64,000 bases of DNA. Origin: Endomicrobiales bacterium (GTDB taxonomy: Bacteria > Elusimicrobiota > Endomicrobiia > Endomicrobiales > JALOBY01). Positions within the stretch are counted from its first letter, which is position 1. Each line of letters opens with the position of its first letter. Positions 45,496-58,638 of the stretch are shown here, one piece after another. The DNA lies in assembly GCA_963796955.1 (NCBI GenBank), contig CAWCNJ010000005.1, positions 1 through 64,000 on the forward strand, read 5' to 3'. Below the pieces are notes generated by a model that was not told where the DNA came from, did no database searches, and saw nothing but the letters and a program-made list of their open reading frames with translations. The position numbers and the translations under genes were made by a program.

Positions 45496-45882
45496 TTACT
45501 TAAGTTCAGCGGTCGCTCCTGCTTCCACAAGCTTTTTCTTCATATCGTTCGCGGCATCTTTGGCAACGTTCTCTTTTACGGTTTTCGGTGCGCCATCGAC
45601 GAGGTCTTTGGCTTCTTTCAGGCCAAGGCCGGTCAACTCGCGGACCACTTTAATTACATTTATCTTGTTGGCTCCGGAAGAAAGAAGCACAACGTTGAAT
45701 TCGGTCTTTTCCTCGGCGGCAGGACCGGCGGCAGCGGCAACGGCGGCGCCAGCGGCGGCGACGGGGGCGGCGGCTGATACACCGAACTTCTCTTCGAGGG
45801 CTTTTACCAGCTCGGAAAGCTCGATAACCGTCAAGGTGGAAATTGCTTCGATGATCTGGTCTTTGTTGAGTTTGTCTGACAT
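45496..45882 (-). CDS. rplL: 50S ribosomal protein L7/L12
   Basis: [25 protein letters not shown]. Confidence 0.98.
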   Translation of the reverse strand: MSDKLNKDQIIEAISTLTVIELSELVKALEEKFGVSAAAPVAAAGAAVAAAAGPAAEEKTEFNVVLLSSGANKINVIKVVRELTGLGLKEAKDLVDGAPKTVKENVAKDAANDMKKKLVEAGATAELK

Positions 45883-45924
45883 TGTGCTATCCTCCGTTTT
45901 TAAAATGCTGTATTTATACCCGGC

Positions 45925-46455
45925 TTAGGCGGCGGGCTGCGCTTCTTTCTGTTTCTTTACCGCGTCAAGAACATACACTACACTGCGGATATTGGCCTGC
46001 AACACATTGACAAGGCCGTACAGCGGGGCCTGCATGCTGCCAAGCATCTTGCCGATGAGAACGTTCTTCGGCGGGATGGTGGACAGCTGCTTGACTTCGG
46101 CGGCGCTCAGGATCTTTCCATCCATAAAGCCGGCCATAAGTTTAAGCTTCGCATGGTCCTTCGTGTAATCCACAAGCACTTTCGTCGCACCTACAGGATC
46201 GCCCCTGTGAATAGCGATAGCCGTGGGACCGGTGAATTTCTTTGAAAATTCTTCCATTCCTAATTTCTTGAGCGCGATTGAGGCAAGCGTGTTCTTAACT
46301 ACTGTGTACTCGCAGTTAAGAGTGCGCAGCTTCGTTCTAAGCTCGGAAATTTCTGCAACGGTCATGCCCTGGTACTCGGTCAATATGACACCATTTGTGT
46401 CTTTTAACTTTTCGCTGAGAGCTTCAACCATCTGCTGCTTTTTCTGGGTTGGCAT
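45925..46455 (-). CDS. rplJ: 50S ribosomal protein L10
   Basis: YQGMTV, VVKNTL, GPTAIA; upstream of rplL. Confidence 0.96.
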   Translation of the reverse strand: MPTQKKQQMVEALSEKLKDTNGVILTEYQGMTVAEISELRTKLRTLNCEYTVVKNTLASIALKKLGMEEFSKKFTGPTAIAIHRGDPVGATKVLVDYTKDHAKLKLMAGFMDGKILSAAEVKQLSTIPPKNVLIGKMLGSMQAPLYGLVNVLQANIRSVVYVLDAVKKQKEAQPAA

Positions 46456-46477
46456 TCGTCATTCACCTCGTTTTTGT

Positions 46478-46578
46478 AAAAAAATACTTCTCTCATAAGA
46501 CACGAGAGAAGTAACTTAACAAATTTTTCTCTGTCTCGGTAAGATTTATCCGCAAAGGCGGCACTTACTGTCTTAGAC
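46478..46578 (-). ncRNA. L10 leader with downstream attenuator terminator
   Basis: GTCTAAGACAGTAAG...TAAATCTTACCGAGAC core resembling the L10-leader consensus, then TACTTCTCTC/GAGAGAAGTA + T7. Confidence 0.85.
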
Positions 46579-46587
46579 TATTTAAAT

Positions 46588-47373
46588 TTAAAATTCTATG
46601 TTCCAGCCTACTGTAAAGGCCGTCTGTCCGATAAAAGATGCTTCAACTATCAGACCGTCTTTACCGGCCATCGCTACTTTGCAGCCTGCGAAGAGCGAAA
46701 CAAGGTCTTTTATGCCGCTGACAGAACCTGCGGTGTCAGTGTTGTAAAGCCAAAGGCCTTCTTTTGCTATCCTTAGTCCACTATACGGCTCAAAATGCTG
46801 GTACTTTTTGCTTGCGGTCAGGGAAGCCTGCACTTCCGTCTGCACGATCCTGTCGGAAACGACCGATGAAGAACCGGATTGTTGAAGCCTGTGCAGGCCG
46901 CATTCCAGATATTCGCCGCCCAAGTCAACCGCTATCGCGGGTGTCACGATGGTTCCCGGCATTAACAGCTTGCGAAAACCGAAACCTACGACATATCCAT
47001 TCCCGTCAGACAACAGAGTGTTCGTTATCGTCGAAGATGGATATGACAGCTCGTAATTCGCGCTGCCTATTTTGAACCAATAGTCGATCTCAGGCGTCGG
47101 CTGAAAAGCCCAGCGCACCGCCACACGATCGCTTTTTACATCGGTTGAAAGATCATTGGTAACAGCACTATGGTACTGAGCGTTACCAACCGCTATCGTG
47201 TCATTACTGTTCACCAGGAGCGATAACGTCTCGCTTGTGTGCGTGTAATAGACAGAAACCGCGCCATAGCTGGAACCCAGCTGTCGCGCGGTGAATGCTG
47301 TCTCGCCCGCGAAAACCGCGGAACTAGAGAGCATTAGTGCCATGAATAAAAGCACCAACGGTTTCTGTTTCAT
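46588..47373 (-). CDS. Hypothetical outer-membrane beta-barrel protein
   Basis: Signal peptide (..SSAVFA), amphipathic beta segments, C-terminal VGWNIEF. Confidence 0.7.
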   Translation of the reverse strand: MKQKPLVLLFMALMLSSSAVFAGETAFTARQLGSSYGAVSVYYTHTSETLSLLVNSNDTIAVGNAQYHSAVTNDLSTDVKSDRVAVRWAFQPTPEIDYWFKIGSANYELSYPSSTITNTLLSDGNGYVVGFGFRKLLMPGTIVTPAIAVDLGGEYLECGLHRLQQSGSSSVVSDRIVQTEVQASLTASKKYQHFEPYSGLRIAKEGLWLYNTDTAGSVSGIKDLVSLFAGCKVAMAGKDGLIVEASFIGQTAFTVGWNIEF

Positions 47374-47384
47374 TAAAAATCTAA

Positions 47385-47502
47385 TCCCGGCAACGACCTA
47401 CTCTCACATGACCCTGCGGTCACACTACCATCGGCCCTGGTGGTCTTAACTTCCGAGTTCGGAATGGGATCGGGTGTTTCCCCACCGGAAAAGTCACCGG
47501 GA
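47385..47502 (-). rRNA. rrf: 5S rRNA
   Basis: CCCGATCCCATTCCGAACTCGGAAGTTAAG, GATGGTAGTG, GAGAGTAGGTCGTTGCCGGG. Confidence 0.96.
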
Positions 47503-47559
47503 AAACTAAATAATCGTTATATTGGTAATCAAACTAAGCATTAAAAGATCGAAAAATAC

Positions 47560-50556
<2,997 letters not shown>

Positions 50557-50753
50557 ATATTTTTTAATCCTGCATACTCGCAGAACTGTACTGGACTTGA
50601 TTAAACTAATTGCGGTCAATTACTTCTAGATTACTTCGTGTGTTTTGACGCTGATTACTTAATTACAGACGTTTTGCTGATAAGATTCGTGTAGAGATTC
50701 TGCTCCCACTTCCAGAAGGGAATTACGCGATTCACCTTAGAATTTGCCTTGAA

Positions 50754-50765
50754 TTTTCAAAGAAC
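50754..50765 (-). promoter_or_regulatory. rrn spacer boxA
   Basis: GTTCTTTGAAAA. Confidence 0.6.
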
Positions 50766-50804
50766 AGAAATTATTTTGCCGAGTTGTCTACGATCCCTAA
50801 GGTG

Positions 50805-50876
50805 TGGAGCTAGCGAGGCTCGAACCGCTGACCTCCTGCTTGCAAAGCAGGCGCTCTCCCAGCTGAGCTACAGCCC
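50805..50876 (-). tRNA. tRNA-Ala(TGC)
   Basis: TAGCTCAGCTGGGAGAGCG-CCTGC-TTTGCAA-GCAGG; acceptor and T arms show apparent indel errors. Confidence 0.9.
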
Positions 50877-50911
50877 TACATGCCTTACCGATTTCATTCG
50901 CTGATCAGAAC

Positions 50912-50988
50912 TGGTGGGCCTAGGATGGAGTTGAACCACGACCTCACCCTTATCAAGCGTGCGCTCTAACCAACTGAGCTATGGGCCC
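50912..50988 (-). tRNA. tRNA-Ile(GAT)
   Basis: GGGCCCATAGCTCAGTTGGTTAGAGC..TTGATAA..GGTTCAACTCC..GGCCCACCA; minor stem errors. Confidence 0.9.
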
Positions 50989-51120
50989 ATACTATGCAGT
51001 TCGCATTAAACCCTACTGAAGCCACTATACTTATGTAATTTATTTATGCAGGCAGATAGCACACCCTGAACGCTAGATTAAAGGATCGACCTATATACTC
51101 CTCGCCGAAGCGGGAAAGGA

Positions 51121-52678
<1,558 letters not shown>

Positions 52679-52822
52679 ATGGCTAGTTGATACTTAACTT
52701 ACTAATTTTGAGACTGGCCTTGATCTACACTTCTGTTTTTAGACATGGTCTCTAGATAGAAACCAGGTCCGCAGATAAGGGGTGCTTATCTGCCTGCATT
52801 TATTACATAATATGTATGTGTC

Positions 52823-52834
52823 TTTTCAAAGAGC
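52823..52834 (-). promoter_or_regulatory. rrn leader boxA
   Basis: GCTCTTTGAAAA. Confidence 0.65.
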
Positions 52835-53144
52835 TTCGGTGCTGATACTTCAACCGTTCCCCGAAGGAAGCTGCTGAAACACCATTTTGAGAGAAAAATA
52901 CTCTCAGGCACTTTTTCCCCACTCTGGCGGAGTAAGTGCGTTTAAATACATCCAAGGTTCTTAGTAATTGTTTGAAGCGATACGTTTGTCTTCGTACGGA
53001 GGTTGCAATCGGACGTTTGTCCGGGTAGGCTTGCTTCGCTGGTTTGTGCAGCGTAGTTTGAGGTGCCTCCCTCCCATCATTACTGCTATGTTTTGCTGCG
53101 TTACGTTCAGCTCAGAGATCGATGCTTCGTGTTTCGGTCTACAC

Positions 53145-53173
53145 AGTTTAGCAAACAGAAAAACTTTTGTCAA
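53145..53173 (-). promoter_or_regulatory. rrn promoter P2
   Basis: TTGACA, 17 nt, (TGC)TAAACT, with an AT-rich upstream element. Confidence 0.75.
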
Positions 53174-53251
53174 CAATTATTTTAAATTATTTTCAAAAAC
53201 TTTTTTCTTCACTCAACCGCTCAAGGAACCGTGCTGCAATTTCGTTTTGGT

Positions 53252-53281
53252 ATTCTAGCAAAACAACACAACCCTTGTCAA
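53252..53281 (-). promoter_or_regulatory. rrn promoter P1
   Basis: TTGACA, 18 nt, (TGC)TAGAAT. Confidence 0.7.
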
Positions 53282-53364
53282 CACTTTTTTTCTCGACGGA
53301 AAAATGATTAAAATTTATTCTTCAACTAGCTTTTTTTGCACACATGCTATCCATTTGTATTGCC

Positions 53365-53652
53365 TTACACTATTTTCAGTTCAACTTTTTTATGGCATGC
53401 AGCAGCTATTCTGAAAATACTTCTTAGCGTTACATTCCTGTCGCCACGTTCAATTTTAGAAACAACGTTCTGCGTTGTCTGCGCGCGTTTAGCCAACTCA
53501 CCCTGGGTCAAATGCTGCTGTTCTCTAAGCATCCCTATCTGAACAGCTATCTTGGAATATAAGTCTTCCTCATTATAAGACTCCCTGACTTCAGGATTCT
53601 TTAGCTTTTCGTTCAAAAAGTCTTTAAATTGAATATGTCTTGAATTTTTCAT
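53365..53652 (-). CDS. XRE/HTH antitoxin (HigA-like)
   Basis: LTQGELAKRAQTTQNVVSKIERG HTH; ATG 53652 after GGAGGT; downstream of the toxin. Confidence 0.85.
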   Translation of the reverse strand: MKNSRHIQFKDFLNEKLKNPEVRESYNEEDLYSKIAVQIGMLREQQHLTQGELAKRAQTTQNVVSKIERGDRNVTLRSIFRIAAACHKKVELKIV

Positions 53653-53653
53653 T

Positions 53654-54004
53654 CTATTTACCTCCATGCTTATAGTATTCTTTCATGCAACTAATAGCCC
53701 GCTCGATCTCTGAACCCGGCGTTGCCCTTGTTTTCTTACAAAAACCATGAGTAATCACAATCTTGTTACCATAGAAAAAGTAGAGCAGGCGTATGTCCAG
53801 GTTGCCAAAGTTAACAATCAATTCCCGTATCTTGTCTCTCAGCTGATCCGCGTATGGCCGGGTTAGCCCCGGGCCATATTCCTCAAGACGTGCAATAAGT
53901 TTAAGAACCTTTCCCTGCACCTTATCCGGCAACTCTGAAATAAATTCAGCCGTCGGGTTGTCTCCGCGAATAGTGGTGTAGAAACTTACCTCAAACGTAT
54001 TCAT
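53654..54004 (-). CDS. RelE/ParE-superfamily toxin (HigB/Gp49-like)
   Basis: LEEYGPGL.RP, IREL, RLLYFF, HGFCKKT..TP..EIERA. Confidence 0.88.
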   Translation of the reverse strand: MNTFEVSFYTTIRGDNPTAEFISELPDKVQGKVLKLIARLEEYGPGLTRPYADQLRDKIRELIVNFGNLDIRLLYFFYGNKIVITHGFCKKTRATPGSEIERAISCMKEYYKHGGK

Positions 54005-54017
54005 AACCTCTCATTCA

Positions 54018-54046
54018 ATTGTATATCTTAAAAGATATATTGTCAA
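54018..54046 (-). promoter_or_regulatory. TA promoter with palindromic operator
   Basis: TTGACA, 17 nt, TACAAT; perfect inverted repeat tatatctt-aa-aagatata (54022-39) over the spacer. Confidence 0.8.
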
Positions 54047-54098
54047 TGACTAATTGTTGATGACGTATGATTTTGCGTCTCTGCGGAGATATGTTTTG

Positions 54099-54533
54099 TT
54101 ATTTTGATTGTTTTTGTTTACTTTTCGAGGGTTTATTATTCTTACGACCCGAACCCAAGTATTCAGGACACAAATGTCCAGTTGCATACGCTTCCAATAG
54201 TGCTCTTTCCCGGGAACCACGCAAGACAAAAAACCTGTATTCGTAGTTTCCAGATCCTATATAGAGCTTTTTTTTCGTGAAATAACCTTTTGCAAGAGTA
54301 GAACACTTGCTTCGATGCTCATTAAGACGCCCATTTAGTCCATCTGCTCTGTACATCGTTCTTCCTACATAAACAACCACACGTTTACGCTTTTTACGAA
54401 GTTTGCGATAGATGACATAGACACCGTGTTTCCATGGAACATCTTCGACAGCGATTCTTGTCCCTTTCTTAGGGAATATTTTAGGCCTATTTTTTGTAGT
54501 TAATTGTTTGAATAGTTTTTTCACATTGTCCAA
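54099..54533 (-). CDS. GIY-YIG nuclease-like protein
   Basis: GVYVI...VYVGRT...L..RL.EH...LLE. Confidence 0.7.
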   Translation of the reverse strand: MDNVKKLFKQLTTKNRPKIFPKKGTRIAVEDVPWKHGVYVIYRKLRKKRKRVVVYVGRTMYRADGLNGRLNEHRSKCSTLAKGYFTKKKLYIGSGNYEYRFFVLRGSRERALLEAYATGHLCPEYLGSGRKNNKPSKSKQKQSK

Positions 54534-54674
54534 TTCAGATATATACTTCCGCTATGATAACGATTACGCTCGGCTGTACTGGGACACGTCGGTCAGTTTG
54601 ACAGAATAAATCTGGCGTTTTGGGCTATGACTATCAATATAACTCGTGCAATCAATGTTAATCTGTCAAACTGA

Positions 54675-54935
54675 CTACGTCTCTAAACCCCATACACAAT
54701 CGTGTTCTTTAAATATGATATTCATTTCCTTTTCTTCTGCCACTTTTCCTGCAGCAACTTTCGCATCCCGAATCGTTTCATACGGACCACCCCATTGACC
54801 ATTTTTATTGTCTAATGGATGTTCATGACAACCTTTCCCATTATTACAGAACCCACAATTACCGACATGAATTGTTGCTTGAATTGTTGCCCTTACTTCT
54901 TGCACCTGCCAATTTAGATAAACATAATAACTCAT
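54675..54935 (-). CDS. Small hypothetical protein, Cys/His-rich
   Basis: 86 aa, GGAGG RBS; IH..C..C...C. Confidence 0.65.
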   Translation of the reverse strand: MSYYVYLNWQVQEVRATIQATIHVGNCGFCNNGKGCHEHPLDNKNGQWGGPYETIRDAKVAAGKVAEEKEMNIIFKEHDCVWGLET

Positions 54936-54978
54936 TCGGTTTATCCTCCACTAAATTTATTTAAGATACCAACTCAGA

Positions 54979-55698
54979 CTATTCGTCTGAAACATTAATC
55001 TTTTTACCATAGCTGTAGTATTCGCAAATACCTTTACAATAATCTCCACACCTCAAATCATTCCCAGCAAATATGATATAAAATGGAGCTTTATCAAGAT
55101 CATTTGACGAAGGAGTATTTCCAAATGTCATATCCCATACATAATATTTCACAAAACCATGCCCACCATCATAACTTCCGGATGGTTCACCAATTATCTG
55201 CGTAATCAAATCAATGACACGTGTGCTCGTTCCTTGCCCCATGTCCCGCAATGCCTGATCATATATTTGCGAATGAAGACGCTTCGCTTTTGTGCGCCAG
55301 GGTTTCCTCGCAGCATCTATTTTTATTTTTTCGGCCATACGAAGCTTAGACTCAATCTTTGACAATTGTTGCTTAGCGGCCGCACCCAATGAACTAGCAG
55401 GATATCTATTAACAACATTTTCAAATACACTTTTTGCTCCAGACAAATCTTCGCCAGACAACTTCGCTTTACCTTCTTCAAAATACAACTCAGCAGTTTT
55501 CTCTTGACCAGTTTTATCATATTCCTTTTCGATACCATTTTTCATACCTTCTTTCCATTCACATGTGCCTTCTAAGGTACCATCTGAACGCCACCACATT
55601 TCTGTTCCATCTTCAAGACCATTTTTATAGGAAATCTTATTAGCCGGTTTCCCATCCTCATCGAATTCTTCTTCGATACCATTTTTCTTGCCTTGTTT
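54979..55698 (-). pseudogene. C-terminal part of an IS-interrupted MORN-repeat (YwqK-like) lipoprotein
   Basis: KQGKKNGIEEEFDEDG / KEGMKNGIEKEYDKTG repeats, TPR-like YPAS segment; in frame with 57280..57645 once the IS is removed. Confidence 0.8.
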
Positions 55699-55886
55699 CC
55701 ATCCCTATTTCTCAGCGATAGTGACCTCATCAGTGGCAGTTAATTCACTATTGAGCCTTTGTCTTTGACGTTGCCGTTGGCCGGTCAAAGACATTGGTTC
55801 AAGATGTGAAGAAGACGTGCCTCAAAGCCGTTGCCGTTTGTTCCGCGCGGCTAAAACTGAGTATAATGACCCAAAGGAGCCTATCA

Positions 55887-56213
55887 TTGGAAAATATCAT
55901 AACTGCAAAAAAAGAACGCTTAAAGCTGACACCCGAACTGTTGTTCAACATCTACCTGGAATGCACCGCTCCCGGAGCGCCAGTAAAGTCAATTCTGGCT
56001 CGCCACGGCCTAAAACCCTGGGATCTGGTAGCAATCCGCAAGAAAGTCCGCGCTGGCGCCATAGAAGCCCTAGCAAACGCCAAGCCGGGCAGAAGAAAGC
56101 ACGTTGTGGCCGTCGAACAGTTCCAGCAGGTATCAAAGGAACTGGGCGAAACCAAGGATGCCCTGGCGGCAGTGGGGCACGAGCTATCATTGCTAAAAAA
56201 AAGAGTGAATTAG
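55887..56213 (+). CDS. IS OrfA (HTH/coiled coil)
   Basis: TTG start after AAGGAG; ends LLKKRVN over an A8G slippery run at 56195-56203. Confidence 0.75.
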   Translation: MENIITAKKERLKLTPELLFNIYLECTAPGAPVKSILARHGLKPWDLVAIRKKVRAGAIEALANAKPGRRKHVVAVEQFQQVSKELGETKDALAAVGHELSLLKKRVN

Positions 56214-57250
56214 CTCTTGAAGGCCCGCTGCTGGGTCATTTTACAAAAGAGGTCAAAGAACAAGTGGTAAATATTATCAAAGAAGCGGTCAATTCCGGCT
56301 TAACCCAGAATCAAGCCTGCATTACTTTCGGCCTTGCGGCCAGAAAGTTCCGCAGGTGGGCTAAGCCTAAGCCCGTTAAACAGCGTTCCGCCTGGAACAA
56401 AACGCTTAAACATGAATGTGAAGCAATTGAAGCCGCTGTCTATGAGCCGGAACTTATCGGCAAGCCGTTAAGCCATGTCTTCGTACACGGCCACAGAACA
56501 GGCAAATTCTTCGTTTCGCTGGCCACCGTTTTCCGCGTACTTAAAAGCAAAGACCTTGTTAAACCGCTGAGCTTTTACAGATCACGTAAAACAAATTACG
56601 TTCCTGCTCAGGCGCTGATGGCCGACGGTTATTCGCTTCTTTGCTATGACGGCACGCAGTTCGTTACAGTGTTTGGCACTATCGTTTGGGCCATACCGGT
56701 CTTGATTCTTCCGGCACGCTATCTGCTTCATGTCGGCTATTGTATCGGCGGTGTTACATCAGCCAATCTTACAAACGCCGTTAAAGAAGCTCTTGCGTTG
56801 CTGCCGGAACATCTTATGACTAACCTCATTGCCCATTCGGACAGAGGCTCTGCCATGAAGGCCGTCAAAACCCAGAAGATTATCAAAGAGCTGCTTGGCG
56901 CTGATGTTCACTACGGACGCCCAAACACCCCTGACGATGAGGCCTGGATTGAGTCGCTTATCAATTCCCTGAAACATCACAGGGATGCGCCGGTTTCCTT
57001 CGAGCAGGTTGATGACGTCGTTCAGTGGATCAGCAGCTTTCCACAAATCCACAACAACGATCCACACAGCGCCCACAAGTACGTTACACCGCTTGAAGTC
57101 CTGTCCGGACAAAAGGAGGTTATCTTAAATCAGAGAAAGAACAATTTGACCGTAGCGCGCCTTTTGCGCTATACTGCGTGGAAAGCTGCTTCCGGAAAAG
57201 TCGCCAAAACATTGGCTCTTCCGGCCTCAGCAGTAGAAGTTGGTTGCTGA
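56195..57250 (+). CDS. IS OrfB DDE (rve-type) transposase, -1 frame to OrfA
   Basis: CYDGTQF (D), HSDRGS (D), P.D.AWIES (E); stop 2 nt before the right IR. Confidence 0.85.
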   Translation, partial: KKKSELALEGPLLGHFTKEVKEQVVNIIKEAVNSGLTQNQACITFGLAARKFRRWAKPKPVKQRSAWNKTLKHECEAIEAAVYEPELIGKPLSHVFVHGHRTGKFFVSLATVFRVLKSKDLVKPLSFYRSRKTNYVPAQALMADGYSLLCYDGTQFVTVFGTIVWAIPVLILPARYLLHVGYCIGGVTSANLTNAVKEALALLPEHLMTNLIAHSDRGSAMKAVKTQKIIKELLGADVHYGRPNTPDDEAWIESLINSLKHHRDAPVSFEQVDDVVQWISSFPQIHNNDPHSAHKYVTPLEVLSGQKEVILNQRKNNLTVARLLRYTAWKAASGKVAKTLALPASAVEVGC

Positions 57251-57279
57251 TTTGAGGTCAAACTCGCTGAATTGCGCCG

Positions 57280-57645
57280 CCATTCGCATGTGCTGGCTAA
57301 CTTGCCATTAGACAGCCATCTAGTTTCTGCTCCGTCCTCAAGTCCAGCTTTGTAATTGATTTTATAGGCTAGCTGTCCATTAGGGAAATAACCATAGCCT
57401 TCTCCAATCCTGAATCCATCTTTGACAGTCCTGACATTTTTGATCTGCTTTTCGACATTACCATCATAAAATATGACCTTCCCTGTAGCTTTTTGACCAT
57501 TATCTTTATAGGTATAAATATGTGTATTATCATCCATGCTTACTTTATTTCCGTCTATCCGATTGAAACAACCGATCAGACTGAACGCGATGAAAATGAG
57601 GCAACCCACCAACAAGCCTTTTTTATACCATAAACTTAACGACAT
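57280..57645 (-). pseudogene. N-terminal part of the IS-interrupted MORN lipoprotein
   Basis: Lipobox SLIGC; YKAGLEDG..W..NG repeats; broken after CEW. Confidence 0.8.
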
Positions 57646-57662
57646 AAAACCTCCAAGTTAGT

Positions 57663-58001
57663 TTACTCTTTTGAAAAACCTTTTATCTTTAGCGGTTTAT
57701 CGGGGCCGGCTAGCAGGATTGAGCGCAGTGTGTCAAAAACAACCTTGAAATTACTATCACTCTTCTTTTCCATCTCGTTGATCTTTTTCCAGACCTCTTT
57801 ATTGTCCAGGGCCATTTGGCGAAGCCGGGTGAAGGCGCGCATTATCTGGATGTTCACATCTATGGCTCTTTTGCTCTTTAACACGCTTGAAAGCATTGCG
57901 ACACCGTTTTCAGAAAATGCGTATGGTAAGTAGCCGCCTAAATGCTGGCGTGAAGGTATCACAAATTGTGATACCATAACTGTGACCTCTTCTTCCGTCA
58001 T
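57663..58001 (-). pseudogene. N-terminally truncated ORF6N-domain protein
   Basis: TEEE..VSQFVIPS..GG.LPYAFSENGVAMLSSVLKS.RA..VNIQIMRAF; the usual ORF6N N-terminal half is missing. Confidence 0.7.
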
Positions 58002-58114
58002 CAGAAATAGTGAAAGGGGAGTGGCAATTTGCCCCCATCCTTGGAAGGTCGTAGTATTAGCCGGATTACGGAAGGCCCCCATGGTTGCAATGTTTACAAC
58101 GCGGCGTCAGGGCA

Positions 58115-58143
58115 ATTATACCACAAGTTAATAAAACCTGCAA
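58115..58143 (-). promoter_or_regulatory. Sigma70-type promoter for the accessory region
   Basis: TTGCAG, 17 nt, (TGG)TATAAT. Confidence 0.55.
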
Positions 58144-58167
58144 ATTTGTGGGATTTATATATGAATG

Positions 58168-58638
58168 TTATTTAAATAGGTAGTTTTGGGGCGGCGAGGA
58201 GGCTTGGTAAATTATTTTGCCTTCCTTGCTGATGATTATGGTGGTTGGCACGCTGGTCAAATTAAACTTGCGGCTGGCTTTTCTGTTACTATCGGTAAGG
58301 ACCGGGAAGGGATAATTGTTCTTCTCCAGGAAGTAACGGATGAGGGCATCGTTCTCCCCGACGTTTATCCCATAGAATACCGCCTTATCGGCACCGGGGC
58401 TTGCTTTCAGGGCCGCCAGAGCGGGTATTTCTTCTTCACAGGCGGAACACCAGGAGGCCCAGAAATTCAGAACTATGATCTTCTTGCCCACGAGCGCGCT
58501 AACATTAACTGTTTTGCCGCCCAATTGCTTCAACTTAAGTTTTGGAATAGCGGCAGCGCCCACCGAGACGGCAGCAAGGCACACTATCATAATTGAGAGA
58601 TATATTTTATTCACGCGTTTATGGTATCCAGGTTGCAT
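58168..58638 (-). CDS. TlpA/ResA-family thiol-disulfide oxidoreductase
   Basis: LNFWASWCSAC, cis-Pro VPTT; N-terminal signal. Confidence 0.9.
   Translation of the reverse strand: MQPGYHKRVNKIYLSIMIVCLAAVSVGAAAIPKLKLKQLGGKTVNVSALVGKKIIVLNFWASWCSACEEEIPALAALKASPGADKAVFYGINVGENDALIRYFLEKNNYPFPVLTDSNRKASRKFNLTSVPTTIIISKEGKIIYQASSPPQNYLFK

Larger units (their letters stand above)
55703..57279 (+). mobile_element. IS3-like insertion sequence with atypical ends
   Basis: ccat direct repeats (55699-702, 57280-83); 18-bp IRs (15/18) at 55712-29 and 57253-70; orfA/orfB. Confidence 0.88.

Noticed and set aside
50805..50988. Non-canonical tRNA structures
   Set aside because: The stem defects match the indel and substitution errors seen elsewhere in the contig.
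55817..56194. 477-aa ORF starting at GTG 55817 as the full transposase
   Set aside because: The N-terminal part overlaps orfA and looks non-coding; a -1 frameshift at A8G explains OrfAB better.
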